A stretch of 64,000 bases of DNA from Chiloscyllium plagiosum (taxonomy: Eukaryota): positions 13,106,145-13,170,144 of the forward strand of contig NC_057731.1 of the NCBI RefSeq assembly GCF_004010195.1, read 5' to 3'. The position numbers and the translations under genes are program-made. A model generated the notes under the pieces. It saw only the letters and a program-made list of their open reading frames with translations. It searched no databases and had not been told where the DNA came from. Shown piece after piece: positions 11,769 to 25,099 of the stretch; position 1 is the stretch's first letter; each line of letters begins with the position of its first letter.

Positions 11769-13229
11769 CTGTGGGATAAATGGATAAACAATAAATGGGA
11801 TAATCTGTTCAATGCCTGAGGAACACAGGAAAGATAGGAACATTAGAACAGAAGTAGCCCATTCAGCCCCTTGAGCCTGTTACACCAATCAATGAGACCA
11901 GTGGCTTTGGCCTGTATCCCTTCATATCTTTGCTTAACAAAAAAATATCCATTTCAGATGTAAAGATTTAGAGATCAGTGAAATTGAGAATGCCTCCAGG
12001 AAGGGCAAATAAAGTGGTACAATTCCAGCCATTCTGTCAGCTTTGGTATTAGGCAGGAGAATTACCTTAGGGGCGAAAACTCAAAAGATATAATCCAGAG
12101 CAAAGCAAAACACCCAAAGGGTGTTCTGTGGTGTACATTTCTATGTTCTATGTTCTATTGCCCTGTACGGTTCCTGAAAGAACATTCAGGATGAACAGAA
12201 AGGTAACGATTTTACTGAAAGCAAGACCAGCAAATGCATGTGAGTGCCGTACAATATATGATAGGGAGAGCAGACCTACATCAACTCAATCACAGAATGG
12301 TAAAGGGTAACGGAAGTGTTAGAAGGAGTTTTCTTCAGCAATCATGTGACCCAGACCGTGGCAAGTAAGGAAAGATCCACAAAAACTGTCCATCTGATAT
12401 TTGATCTTGTAGGGAATGACATTTATGTGTTAACAACCAAGTAGTATACTGATGAGGGCTTGTTTTCTGTCTCGAGAGAAGAGATAAAGATGGGAGTTTT
12501 GCAGATATAGCAAATCAGAAACAACCAGGCTTACCCTTACTGGGACAGTCAATTCTGTAATGCTCCAACTGAACAAAACAATTTTCAATGGACACTGTGG
12601 GATTATGGTGAGCCTTGATTGAAATCTGGGAGTAATTCAGGACTTTGATGCTGCAGTTTTACTGGTAAGGCGGTCTAAAGCAAAGTTCGTTTGAAAGTAC
12701 CTTTTCCTTATTTTGGCGTGCTAGGTGATGAAAACTAACACTTAGTCTACATTGAATTTAGTTTACGCGTAAAAGAAAATCGTAAAATGTGAAATCTCGT
12801 CATTTGGTTATAACTGATGTTTCATCTCTTTTTGGAAGTATTAGTCTCCATAGAGATATATAGGAGACATTAACATACATTCAGCAGTGAGAGAACTGGC
12901 ACTTGGGCCCTCAGGCACCATCTCTTGAGTGCATAAGAGGGGGAAGCAATCATCAATTTATTCACCTTGTACAGTGTGTAACATGGGAACCTAAAGTGAA
13001 TTTGTCAGTGTGCTAGTTTGACTGTATTCACATGCCCCTAGCAGCTTCAAGGTCAGACATTAGGCTCTGTCCACAACCTTATGAGGGCCTACCAGCTGGT
13101 TTGAAAATTCATTGACATGGAACAGAGCAAGTACTGGTGCCATTGAAATGCCCATGGTATCCATGTAGTACACACAACACCTGGGAGCCAAATTTCCAAA
13201 TAATTACATCAATTTAAACCTGAACTAGA

Positions 13230-13760
13230 GGAAGAAACCAAAGGAGTAGGCATTTGGTCCTTGAAGACTGCTCCATCATGCAATAAGAAGATGGCTGATC
13301 TGATCCTGGCTGTCACTTCACTTTGCTCCCTCCCTTGTAGATCCAATTAATATATTCAATCATCCAGACAATGTCCCTCCTGAAGAGGAAACTCCTCTTC
13401 AATTTCATTTCATTTGGAGCACCCTTGTTGTGAAACAGTGTCCCTTGTTCTAGATTTCCCCTCGGGGCAAAATATCTTTCAGCATCTACCCTGTCAGTAT
13501 CCCTCAGAATTGTAAATGGTTTAATACGATCACCTCTTAATCTTTGAATCTCCAATGAGGACAGACCCAACCTGTTCAACCTTTCCTCATGTGATGACCC
13601 CATCAACCCAGGAATCTGCTGAGTGTACCATCTCCAAACTTCCTCTAATGCCAGAAAATTCCTTATTCAAGAAGGGGACCCAGACAGCATACAGTTCTCT
13701 TGATGTCATCTCACCAATATCTTTCACATCTGGTGTAAGCCCGCACTACATTTATACTTC
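13230..13760 (-). mobile_element. CR1 LINE 3' fragment
   Basis: SHEERLNRLGLSSLEIQRLRGDRI..ILRDTDRVD matches the CR1 RT C-terminus. Confidence 0.8.
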
Positions 13761-15764
13761 TCCCCACCTCTCCCATTAACATTTCCAACCCATGGTAATG
13801 AAGACCAAGAATGTAGAATGATTCCAAAGGCTGAAAGACATTAAACCCCAAGGATAAGTTGTTTGATGCATACTTCAGTTTAGTAATCCAAAGTGAAAAA
13901 CAAAATGAGAAGTTAAAATGAAAATGTAATGCAATTTGGTCGATCCTGACAATAAGAGAGGGAATGACTAAAACAAAGATAAGGGTAAGAGGCTCTAATT
14001 ATTTGGGGTGATCTTGCTTCACGTGAATTCCATTGCCCTGAGAACTAAACACTAACTGGCTGAGGAGTTGAATAGTTACCATATTGTGACTAACTTCAAC
14101 TCTTGCTTGTATGTTTGGACATATGCTCAATAGTGTATGTCTTCCTAAAAATCACTGCTGTTAGATTTCTTAGGGGTGTGCTTGCTGCCTGTCTGATACC
14201 TGAAATTATATCCTGGAGACATTGACTCCCTGGTTGGACACAAGCTCATAGGCAATGGACTCAGACCAGTCTCTCACTGAGAGTTTGATTGTTTATGTAG
14301 AGACCAGCGACTGTAGTAGGTTATTTAACCACATGCGACACCACACTACTGTCCAACCTCGTCCTCCACTAGCCAACCACAGCTACTTCCCAGATTTCCA
14401 AACCTAGGGATGTAGTAAAATCTCCTCAAAACTTCTCATAAAAACCTGAAGTAGCCGTTAGTATGGATGAGAACTCCACACCCCTTTTGGCAACCTGTTT
14501 GCTGCATTTCCTTTTGTGCGGCATTGATAATGTGATAACATTTTGTTTTAATATTTTGAATGAAAAAAAGGAAGATTGGTTCAATTTTATGTCAAATTCT
14601 TCTCTATTTCCATTTGGGAGTTGGTGCAAATTTTATATTTTCATAATCCTCAGCAGCAGCAGGGAATCTATTGCTGAGAGAAATAAAAATTTTCAGTTAA
14701 TTTCCCTTTGTCTTTAAGGAAATGCCAAAGATAGAAACAGAATTGGGAGCCCATCTCCATTGGTGGAAAATCATTGCAGTCTAGGCTCCAGGAGACAAGC
14801 CTCATTGACAAGTGGGACTTGTGTTGATGGAATCAGTGTGTGTAATGGTGAGGTTTTAATGACTCTGTACCCTTTAGATCATCACAGCTTTTGTCCCTTT
14901 ACAGAGTCCTCTTTGGCTAAAGTGGCTATAGTTTCCATTCACAGCTTTTAGACAAGTTGCCCTGTGTTGACCAGAAGGTACTGTGGTAGTTTTCCAAATG
15001 ATGACAATTGTCTGGAAACATGACAAACTGCTAGAACTGATTTTTCTAATTTAATCCCCATTATAGATTAATGCAGTGTGTACACGATTAACTGTTTTCA
15101 TTCACCCACATCGACAATGGAATGCAAGCAATTGCTGATAATACAATTACAACAAAATTCAGTTTGGCAAATCAATTTCAGCAGCATTGTGTTATATTCT
15201 TTTAAATGCATTTTTCTATCTTCTATTCTTCCCCCCCCCGTTCCTGTGTTTCCCTTCACCCAGACTGCGAGAGTCTGCAGTAAATGGCCTTTCCTCGGGG
15301 ATTGTCCCAGCTGCTCTGTGTTGGCCAATCAGGAGCTTAGATGGTTTGCTGAAGGCTTGGTGAAGCTGACAACTTCCAGGACAGGGAGACTCCCAGTGAC
15401 GGGGGCTGAGATCTGAGTGAACGCTCTGTAGGGGATGTCCCATCACCCCTCAGTAAGTCCTCAGGGACACAGAATTGAGCTGTTGGTTTATTTGAAGGGT
15501 CTGCAGTGATTATTGGCCCTCTCCCAACTGTCACATTTGGGAACCCTTTCACCCAAGGGGAGCCTTTCTGTGAAAAGGCAGCAAGTGAAGAGGGGTTTTA
15601 TTCCAGTCTCTAGAGGCTGGATTGGATATTGTTAACACACCATCATCACCATCGAAAGAGGAGCAGTCACATGCTCAGACTATCACTGAGACCAATGGTG
15701 CTTTCACCTAAAGTGTACTGCTCCTATAATAAAGTGTTCAGCATCATGATAAAGCACATATTTT

Positions 15765-15870
15765 CATCTATATTTGGGTATCAGTTTAACTCACTGTGAT
15801 CCAGACCACGCTAGAACTCAATGGGGGTGAGTTTAGACCAAGCCACCTGCGGGAAATGGGGTGAAGCTGT
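15765..15870. repeat. Unclassified dispersed repeat; inverted copy at ~36591-36690
   Basis: GTTTAACTCACTGTGATCCAGAC..GGGGGTGAGTTTAG..GGAAATGGGGTGAAGCTG matches the reverse complement of 36591-36690. Confidence 0.7.
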
Positions 15871-16624
15871 GTGGGATCCTCAATAACATCCAGAGCCTGG
15901 GGTTTGGTGATATTCATGAGCACTGACTGTGATGGTAACTCTATCTAGAGCAGGGGGGCACTGCTTTTTCTTTTCCCACTGAAGCAGCCCTGAAGAGGAA
16001 CAGGACATCAGGAGGATGAAGGGTTGTACATTCATTTGACCAGGAAGTCTGGTCCCAACTTTGAAGGGTTAAGGCTCCAGAATCTTGATGTTTTCCCCTT
16101 TCTAATCAGTGGAACCCTGCCAAAATTTCCATCAATTCACTAGCCTGGCTTTAAACATGCTTGGCCTGATTTTTACAGCAAAGGGTATGTTTTGAACTGC
16201 CCTCATAGCACAAAATCAATCTGGTGTCATATACATTATTGTTATTGTATTAGCTTCTCAAATTCAGAATAATGATTGCATTTGTATCCCATTCACTCAA
16301 CTTAAATTCCAACCTGTATTTTGTTTCTCCTCACACACAACTAAATCTCTAAAGCTGCAGAAATCAAATAATGTTTGGTTAGATCGCATGCGAGCAATAT
16401 TCCACTAAGAAGCAACAGGACTTGGAATATTTTTAACTGGAATGATTATTTATGCGTTATATATGCATGCATAATATCTTAATTTTAAAGGAAGTGCTTG
16501 CAGAATAGAAATGAAAAGGTCCCCAGCGGAAGTTCTGAGAAAATATTCACCCCTTTCAAATATGTTTGCTTGGCAAGTCATTGTTGATCTCAGTAGAAAG
16601 GTGTAATTCAAAGACAGCAGATCT

Positions 16625-18038
16625 TTATTCTTCATTGAAAAGCTCTTGCAGTTTGAGCTTCACAAAGCATGTCATAAGTCCAGGCTCCTCCCCATCTAGC
16701 AGGTACATGGCCCCAAGAATGCACAAAGCCTTTATGTCGCCTGGGTTATTTCGAAGTCGTCTCTTTGCGATCTTTTCCAAGCTGGTGCGGCAGAGTTTTT
16801 GTTGTTTTGAGTTTCTTTTGATAGAAAATCCTTCCAGAAAATGTGTGACGGCATTCGGTTCTGATCTTTTCCAATACAGTTCAAATTTCCCAGCCTTGTA
16901 AGTGACATACTGCTTATCTTCTGGACAACCATATTCCAATTTCAGTAGGTCACTGTAGATCATTTCAGCCTCATGAATTTCTTCATTTACGATGAGGATA
17001 TCTGCAAGTTTCACCTTTGCTCCTGTAAACGATGGTTTGAGCGCAACTGCCTCACTGAAGTAGTGTCTGCATTGTTCAATCAAAGTGGCCTTCTCTTGAG
17101 AAGCAGGATCATCAGGCCCATTGCTGCATCGGACTGGGCCCAGTGCTTGTAGTTTGTCATTGTAACACTGACCTATTTGATGGTACAAAAATGATGAGTT
17201 TGGTGTAATTTTTAATGCTTTCTCTAACAGCTTGAAAGCATTTTCTACATCTCCTTCTTTCCTGTAAAACATTGCTGCATATCGAAGCACATATGGATGA
17301 CCAGGAGACTTCTGCAATGCTCGCTCAACTAATGTGGATGCTTCCCCCTCTTGACTTAACTCTTGTAGTTTTAAAGCTAACAGCACCATGGCTTCAGCAT
17401 GATCAGAATCTAGCTCCAGCACACGTCTAAACTGTTTCATTGATTCAGTAGATTTGTGACTCACTTGGGTACCTGAAACTCCTTCTAGACGGGACAGTGC
17501 AGTGGCATAGCCAACATTCCACTCAATGTTGTCAGGATCTTCCTCCAGGGCCTTTGTAAAACATTCCTTTGCCTCTCCATAATATTGAGCGGCTGTAGTC
17601 AACAGTGACCAGCCCTTCTCCCCGTAAACCTCAGGTATCATTGCTGTAAACCGAGAGGCTTCAGGAAATAGTTTACAGACTGTCTCCAGCTTGTCGAGGT
17701 AGGACTGAGCCTCCTCCAGTCAGTCCATGTGATAATAAACCCAGGCAGAGTTTCCATAGGTGACCAAGATCCTTTTCTCAAATTCATCTCCATGTCTCTC
17801 CCTCAGAATCCTTTCAGCTTCCTTTAAATTCTGAATTGCCTCTTCACAGTTTCCTTGCAGACAGTTTATAAAGGTGAGATGGTTGTAAGACCTGGCTTGA
17901 TATTTCACACCAAGCAGTATTGAATCTTCTAATTTGTGTTTCATATCACCCAAGTCAATGGTTTCTTTCTGTCGAGTCCACGTGAAGTGACATTGAAGCT
18001 GATCGAGATTCACTTTCAACAAATTTTCCCGTGTGTCA
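16625..18038 (-). pseudogene. IFIT5-like: IFIT copy B exon 2; IFIT5-like, interrupted by an in-frame TGA at 17720-17722 (pseudogene or null allele)
   Basis: Acceptor AG at 18040-18039; the spliced start is MGDTRENLLK. ORFs 17720-18022 and 16625-17641 share one frame. ATG GAC TGA CTG aligns to ATG GAC CGA CTG in copies C/D. The terminal TAA aligns to the TAT (Tyr) of NEEY. Confidence 0.85.
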
Positions 18039-18714
18039 CTGCAAGAAAATAAAATCTTTTACAATCTCTATTTCTGAAGCTGCAGCTTTTCCATTTTATT
18101 TTGGTCATTTGAATTAATTCTTAGCTTGGCCTTTGGTAGTATTAGATGACAGGTTAAAGATATTTATGAATGACATAATATTATATCATTCTAAAGGATT
18201 TCATTTATTCTCACGATTGGACTCTGCTGGTGTCTCTCAATATTGAAACCACAAATGATTATTAGTTAATATTACTTGTCTAATGTATCCTGTTTATAAA
18301 CCTTCAAAATCGGCAAGATTTTAACTCAATCAAAAGCCATGTAGCTACACCACTGCATCTGAAACCTTTCCAGTCAGGCAGTCCTCTTTAGATTTGCCAT
18401 CTTTTGTGTATCTTGACCAGAGGTTTCTTTTTAAACTAACCTTATCATGGCCACTCTTTTGAAGGCGTCGCAGTCTAAAATAGTTTGATCAGGGCAAACA
18501 CCAATTGAAGGGCCATGTTTGTCATTATGGAATGCAACAGTGCCCATAATTCTCCTCCGTCTTTGTTGGTCTCTCATCGGTACTTTTGAAAACAAAAGCC
18601 ATCCAGCTATGTTTTTAAACAATGCAATGATGAAGCTTCTGGGCGATGTCTAGTGGAGGCATTTGTTAGCTGATAGATACATCAAAGGACATCTCTTCCC
18701 AGTCCAGAGAATGC

Positions 18715-18992
18715 TTCACTCAGCAGCCCCTCGTCCCAGTTGTCCCTTCCCCATCACTCACTCACTCACTCAGCAGCCCCTCGTCCCAGTTATCCCTTTC
18801 CCATCACTCACTCACTCACTCACTCACCAGCTCCTCGTTCCAGTTATACCTTCCCCATCACTCACTCACTCACTCACTCAACCAACAGCTCCTCGTCCCA
18901 GTTATGCCTTCCCCATCACTCACTCACTCACTCAGCAGCCCCTCGTCCCAGTTACCCCTTCCCCATCACTTACTCACTCACTCACTCAGCAG
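18715..18992 (+). repeat. Minisatellite, ~5 units of 48-58 bp containing (TCAC)n
   Basis: Unit CAGCAGCCCCTCGTCCCAGTTATCCCTTCCCCATCACTCACTCACT repeats at ~18721, 18771, 18827, 18885 and 18933. Confidence 0.95.
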
Positions 18993-19982
18993 TACCACCT
19001 TCCTTAATGCCAAAGTATACCCACTCCTTTGTACCTTTTGTAGCACAACTCCAGCTGGCTGGTAGCCTTGGGGAGGGAGGCCTTGCCTAACCAGCCGTCT
19101 GCTGATCTGCCGATAAATCAGGGTGCCCCCTCTCCAGCCTGAACAGTTTTTACCCAATGAGTGCTCCTCTCACAGCACCTGCTAGGCTGGTACCCGAGCT
19201 GTCATTCACCCTCCTGCTGCTCACTGCTCCTCCTCTTAAAAGCTCTTTCGCTTCCCACTGGTGCTGCTAATAGACACAACAGCCTCTCCATCACCACCTG
19301 GCATACGATCACACACTCAAAGTGCAAGACTCCAATCTCATGTTCCATGAATACAATCAGACCATCATCCTGACCAGTATCAAGGAGGAGATAATCAGTG
19401 CATAACACATCCAGCTGGCCCAATGAATGCTCCCTTTAACCTGCACCTCCTCCTGCAGCCCTGCTTTCTCCAAAGTGTTTCCTTCTTGATGGAGAAGCTA
19501 GCGTATCTATTAAGTTACACCATTCACACGTATGGGAAACACAAACCTATTTAAAGTCAGAGTGCAACAGACAGCTCCATTTTTGCAGGAGTGAGGCCTG
19601 TTTCCTGCAGTATGGTTTTGCTGGGTGAAGGTTCTGGAACTCCCTCCTAAATGGTGTTATGGGTGTATCTACACCAAATAAACTGATGGTTCAAGGTGGC
19701 AGCCCACCCCCATCTTGTTAAGAGCCATTAGAGGTGTACAATAAATGCTAGCCCAACCAGGGAATCTCACATTGTCTCTATTTTATGTCTCGGCGGAAAG
19801 CCAGCGCCTCAGACAGGGTTGAACTCCCTCAGTACTACATTAAGAGAAGGACAGGATTGTGTGATCAAATCATTGGAATATGATTCGAGCCCACATCACA
19901 ATGACTCAGAGACAAGAGGGAGAGCACTGAGCTCCAGCTGTCTATACTGTACACGGTATGGATACATGAAGATCTCACTTAC

Positions 19983-19987
19983 CCCAT
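19983..19987 (-). CDS. IFIT5-like: IFIT copy B exon 1 coding part (ATG GG)
   Basis: Minus strand caccATGGG|GTAAGT, homologous to exon 1 of copy A; phase 2. Confidence 0.8.
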
Positions 19988-20160
19988 GGTGATCTCAGTG
20001 AATACACCAGCTGCTTCTTTACTTTTCCTTCTGCTGTCTGAGGAGCTGGATGATCAGAGTGAAAGGTGCTCAGTTTCCGAAAGTACAAATATATACACAC
20101 CAACTACAACTCATGCATTATTCGGAATGCAGTGACGTTTCCTGAATTGCAGAAATTAGA

Positions 20161-20178
20161 GGAAAATGAAACTGAAAG
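20161..20178 (-). promoter_or_regulatory. Tandem ISRE/IRF-E of IFIT copy B
   Basis: GGAAAATGAAACTGAAAG has three GAAA half-sites with 2-nt spacers, ~175 bp upstream of the ATG. A second AGTTTCAGATTTCC lies at ~20189-20202. Confidence 0.8.
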
Positions 20179-21989
20179 GTGATTCATCAGTTTCAGATTT
20201 CCAGTATCACTAAATTAAAAGCGCCTTCCCCTGAATACTGTTTATTATGAATGAGGATTGGACAGAGCACAGGGTCTGGCTCTGTAACACGTGTGAGGGG
20301 GGGTGGTCTATCGGGAAGCAGTGATGCTGTGATGGGGCCATGCTGCTTCCCCGGTTACATCCAACACGGCCTGTGTTACAGCCCATCCTGCACATGGACC
20401 ACCTCGGGCAGTGCCAGAAACCTCTACTCTTCATCCTGGCATGGCAGAGCTCAGCCCTTCCAGCTGATTGGCTGCTTTCTTTGTGAACGTCAATCAGGCA
20501 GGACCATTCCACGTGTTCACTTGTCCCTCCCCGAAGATCATTTATCCAATTTCAAACAGGGGCCTTGCTCTGGTGATGTTGAAATGGCCAGAGTTTAGAT
20601 GATTGAGAATAACGTGTGTTATAGTCACATCCCAGTGAACACTGAGGTATCTTTCTGGAGATGTCACAGTGGTTTTCTGTCTTTAGCAGGAAGTATTGCT
20701 GAATCCTCATAGGGAGGCCAGACCCTCGGGTCAGCTGCTCAGTTACAGGCTGCAGCAGGTATTGGGCAGCAGGGGCAGTGCCCTCTGGGATTGTGAGACA
20801 TGGATCATTTCAGTGGAGAGGCATACACCCCTCTGTCAATATGGCGCTGAACTCCTGCAGGCTTCTTGACAGTGACATGAGACAGGGAATGTACGCAGCA
20901 TCTCAGTGAGTATTGTAATCAGTGTTCACTCATATATCACCCCATTAACATCGACAACCAAGTCCCGATACCAGAAGCTGTTTGTGGCCTCACTGTCACA
21001 TGAATGATCCACCTCATGTGGCTACAGCTCACTCAAGCCTATACCTTCAGCAGCTGCTGATCCTGTCATTAGACATAGTCTACAAGGAACACTAAGTGCA
21101 ATGATGTGAGCTGGGGCAGGGGGCGGGGAGCTATGACTGTCATGGTAAGTACTGGGACCTGTTCATTATCGCTGCGCTGTTGTTTGCTCTGCTCCCAGGG
21201 CTGGTGCAGCTGGACAAATTAGGTTTCCCTAAGCAGAGAATCAGAAGAGGCAAGCTCAGGACTGTTAATGGATTCAGTGATGGGGATGTGGTGCACTGAA
21301 CAGAATGAGAGGTTGATATTGTGTTGGCCTGAAGGCCTAAGCAGGACGACAGTGATGGATTCTCCATTGGAAGCTGGATCATGAGTCAGGAATGTTCCGT
21401 GAAATAAGTTTGTGAAAAATCAGACATGACAAGGCAGGATTTGACAGGAACCATCATTCGTACCCAAGGAGTCTTTCCTCATCATTACGTCCTGATTTTC
21501 CAGCTGCAGCTGCTCTGAGGTCTCTTACCAATAATCCACTCTTCTGGACTGTGTAATGAAACTCCCATCAACAGGTGACGACAGTGAGGGAGGGCAATAA
21601 GGAGGGTAGCTCCAGCAGTTCAGGCTGGACCTCCAGAACTAGATGCAATGGTAAGGGAGGGCAGTTAGAACAGTCAAACAGGCCCTCTCTGGAAAACAAG
21701 GTGCGTTTGGGATAGAAGGAGCAGAACTACAAAGGATTCCTCAAAAAATGTCAACCACAGATTTACTTCAAGTAAATACTTTCTTGTTTAACCTTTCATG
21801 TTTGTACTGACCTGTTGTCAGTGGAATGGAGAATCCCTAATTCATGATCTTTGGGCCATATTAAAATCTCACGTTACATTTCGTTGTAGTTGACAGGATT
21901 TCATAGCACAGGCATCAAGTAATGGCAGAAACCATGGAGAAAACAGTCAAGCAGTTGAAATTAGCATTATCCATGAGGGAGACTCAGGG

Positions 21990-22760
21990 GTTGGCGTGGG
22001 GAATCCACTTTTCAAACTAACCTAGACATAGGATTCCCATGTACTTTCCTTTGGTTCTGTGAAGGTGGAAAGTTATCCTTCTGATCAGATAGTCTACTTG
22101 TCAATGAGTAAGACATTTTGGGGGAAAGCCACAAACACTTGCTGATCTGGCAGTTGAGGAGACACTGCCAGTTATGACATCTAGGTACCTCAACGTGAGG
22201 AATCAGGCAACGGTTGTAATGGAACATTTGTATGGAACAAGTCCATTAGAAAATAGGGCGAAGAGATACAGATGTTCTAAGAAGATGGCAGTGGGTCTTT
22301 GAGGTAATGGTAAGGGTTCTGGGGGCAACAGAAGCAAGCAAGCTGAAGGAGAGGACATGGTTTCTATACTCCTGGATTCAGTAAAGTCACTTGATCGCAT
22401 CATCCTCCTGGAGTCCTCCTTTAAACTGACCAGGGACAGGCCACTGAAGGTCCATGTAGTGGACACATTGAGGAGTGGAAACATCCAGATGGACCTGAAG
22501 AGGCTTGAGTGTGAACAACATCAATTGTATTTCTTTGAGGTGCACGGTCAAGCCATCCAGATAATTGGGAGAAGCTGGACGCCCAAGATCAGAAATACAC
22601 CACCTTCATGGAGATGACTGTCAGCATAGGTGGGAAGCTTCATTCCGCGTAAATACTTCCTTGTTTTGCTCCAAGGTTGTAATGATTTGATGCCAGTGGA
22701 AAAAGATCACCTGCTTCCTGATATTTGGACCATCCATGTTAAGACAGAAATCTATATCTT
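21990..22760 (-). mobile_element. Decayed LINE RT fragment (L2-like, uncertain)
   Basis: Minus strand gives TYADSH at a YADD-like position plus other degenerate RT-like stretches. Confidence 0.35.
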
Positions 22761-23107
22761 CACCATTTATAAACTTCTTCTCTCAACTTTATTCTTCTTT
22801 AAAAAAAAAATTGTCCTGGAGCCTTTGCTTCTGTTATCATGCTATCTTTAGATTATCCAACTTGGTCACCCTATCTTTCCAAATCTCAGCTCCAGCCCCT
22901 CAGCTATGCTAAAAGCTTCTCCTTTTTTCTGTTGCTTGTCCCTGACTTACTTGACTGACAGCTTCCTGCTGTGCCTTGCATGGCACCTTTCAATCAGCCC
23001 ATTGTCACGGCTTCTTGATACAAGGCAATCCGACAAGGAGCATCCCATACAGTCTCATCCTACCCTCTTACTGACCTCCCTGTGCAGAACATTCACTGGG
23101 GGCATCC

Positions 23108-23430
23108 CTTTTTTTCTTAACTTCATTCATGGGATGAGGCCTCATTGGTTAGGCCACCATTTATTGCCCATGAGCAGTTAAGAGTCAACCACATTGCTTT
23201 GGGTCTGGAGTCATTTGTCATCCAGGCCAGGTAAGGATGACAGTTTCCTTCCCTACAGGATATCAGTGGACCAGATGGGCTTTTCCAACAATGGATTCAT
23301 GGTCATCATTAATTTCAGATATTCTTATTCCACCATCTGCCGTGGCAGGATTCAAAACTAGGTTCTCAGAATGTGCCTGTGTCTCTGGATCAACCGTCCA
23401 GTGATAATGCCACTGGGCCATTGCCTCCCC
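23108..23430 (-). mobile_element. tRNA-derived SINE, second family
   Basis: Minus strand GGCAATGGCCCAGTGG..TTTGAATCC head, 3' tail GGGCAATAAATG..CATCCCATGAATGAA (shared with LINE tails in the window) and an A-rich end. Confidence 0.7.
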
Positions 23431-24129
23431 TTGCCTGCCTTCCAATCTCCTTTCTGATCCATTGACCTCCATCCAGTATTGAGCCTGTGGGCTCTGCCTA
23501 ATGGAGGTCAGTTCTCACCCCCTGTCCACCACCCTCCAAATGCCTGTTCACTTCGCAACTGGAAACCTATTGTGAAGGATTTCGGGGAATTAAAGCCCTT
23601 AAATATAATTCATTAGAAAAAGAATGTGTACCTCATCATTATTGTTAAATATGGTGATTTTGTTTTCAAAGTTCACTGGCTGTGTTGACCTAGAATACTA
23701 CTCAGTATGGTTTCATTTCCAGATTGTTGACTCCTCAGTGTCAATAGAAACTGAACATGCAAAGGTAAAGCAATTACCAGTGTTTTAGTTTCTATGTTCA
23801 AACCACAAGAATATTTTTAGTTGAGATATTGTGGGTGTGTGAAACATTGCATTTCCTGAACAAAAGAGATAAGGACTGAAGTGGACATGGTACAAGTTAG
23901 GACAGCACAGAGAATTGGATGAGGCCTTAATTGGCAATGGCTCAATTTTAGTATACCCAAAGGGTGAGAAAGCAAACAGCTAGAACAATGGTGCTCAGTT
24001 TTGTTAACCATATCCAGTTTTATGCAGGAAACAAATACTTTAGCACTGAGAACACTTCAAGTACTGTTCTCCATTAACTTACTGTTAGAGATGAAATTAA
24101 AGAAAAATATCTGTCTCATTTGCCATCAG

Positions 24130-24990
24130 ACAATAAGATATCAGAGCAAAAGTAGACATTCAGTCCACTGAGTCTGTGCCATTATCCAATGTGATCATAG
24201 CTGATCAGATAATCCTCAACTCCACTTTCTTGCCTTTTCCCCATAACCCTTGATTCCCTTAATGATTAAAACTTGTCTATCGCAGCCTTGAATATACTTA
24301 ACAATCTGATTTCAGCAGCCATCTGCTGAAAAAATCCCATAGATTCACTGCCCTTTCAGAGAATAAATTCTTGTTCTTCTCTGTCTCAAATGTGTGACCC
24401 CTAATTCTGAGAATATGCCCTTTGTTGCTAGACTTACCTACAAGGGGTAACAAATTTTCTGCATATACCCTATCAAGTCTCCAAAGAATCTTGTATGGAT
24501 CAGTAACATCACCTTTTATTCGTCCAAACTCCAGTGTGGGACGGATTAGTTCATTAGGACTCATCCCCCACCCCCAGCCCTGCCCCTTTTATGCTCCATA
24601 CCCTTTGAAATAATGGTCAGCATTTAATTGGATCTCCGTATTACCAACTGAATTTGGATGCTAGTCTTTTTTGTGATTCATGCATAAGGGCACCTAAAAC
24701 CTCTGTTTTTTTAGCTTTCGGTAATGTTTTCTTTCCATTTAAATAATATTCAGCTCCTCTGTTCTTCCTGCCACTTTGTTTTCCATCTACAGTTTTTTCA
24801 CACTCGCTTAACCTGTCTATATCACTGTGCAAACTCCTTGTGTCATCCTCACCACTTGCCTTCCCACCAATTGTTGTGTCACCTACAAACTTGGCCTTGG
24901 TACATTCACTTTCCTCACCCAAATCATTAACAAATTGACCAGCCCCTATGGGACTCCGTTAGTATGGGCTGCCATTGTCAAAATGCCCAG
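24130..24990 (-). mobile_element. CR1 LINE fragment
   Basis: AKFVGDTTIGG (the KFADDTK motif), LHSDIDRLSE and LEFGRIKGD..YKIL. Confidence 0.85.
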
Positions 24991-25099
24991 CCCAATTAGA
25001 ACACTATGTATTTCTGATATAGATCATGGAAACTCCTTCTAAGTTTACATTTACATTTACATTTAGACAACCTGACTATAAACTGAGGATTTCCTTTGT

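Noticed and set aside
17720-17722. In-frame TGA as selenocysteine
   Set aside because: It aligns to Arg/Gln rather than Cys and is explained by CpG deamination. I recognised no SECIS element.
18663-19090. Repetitive ORFs
   Set aside because: Translations of the minisatellite.
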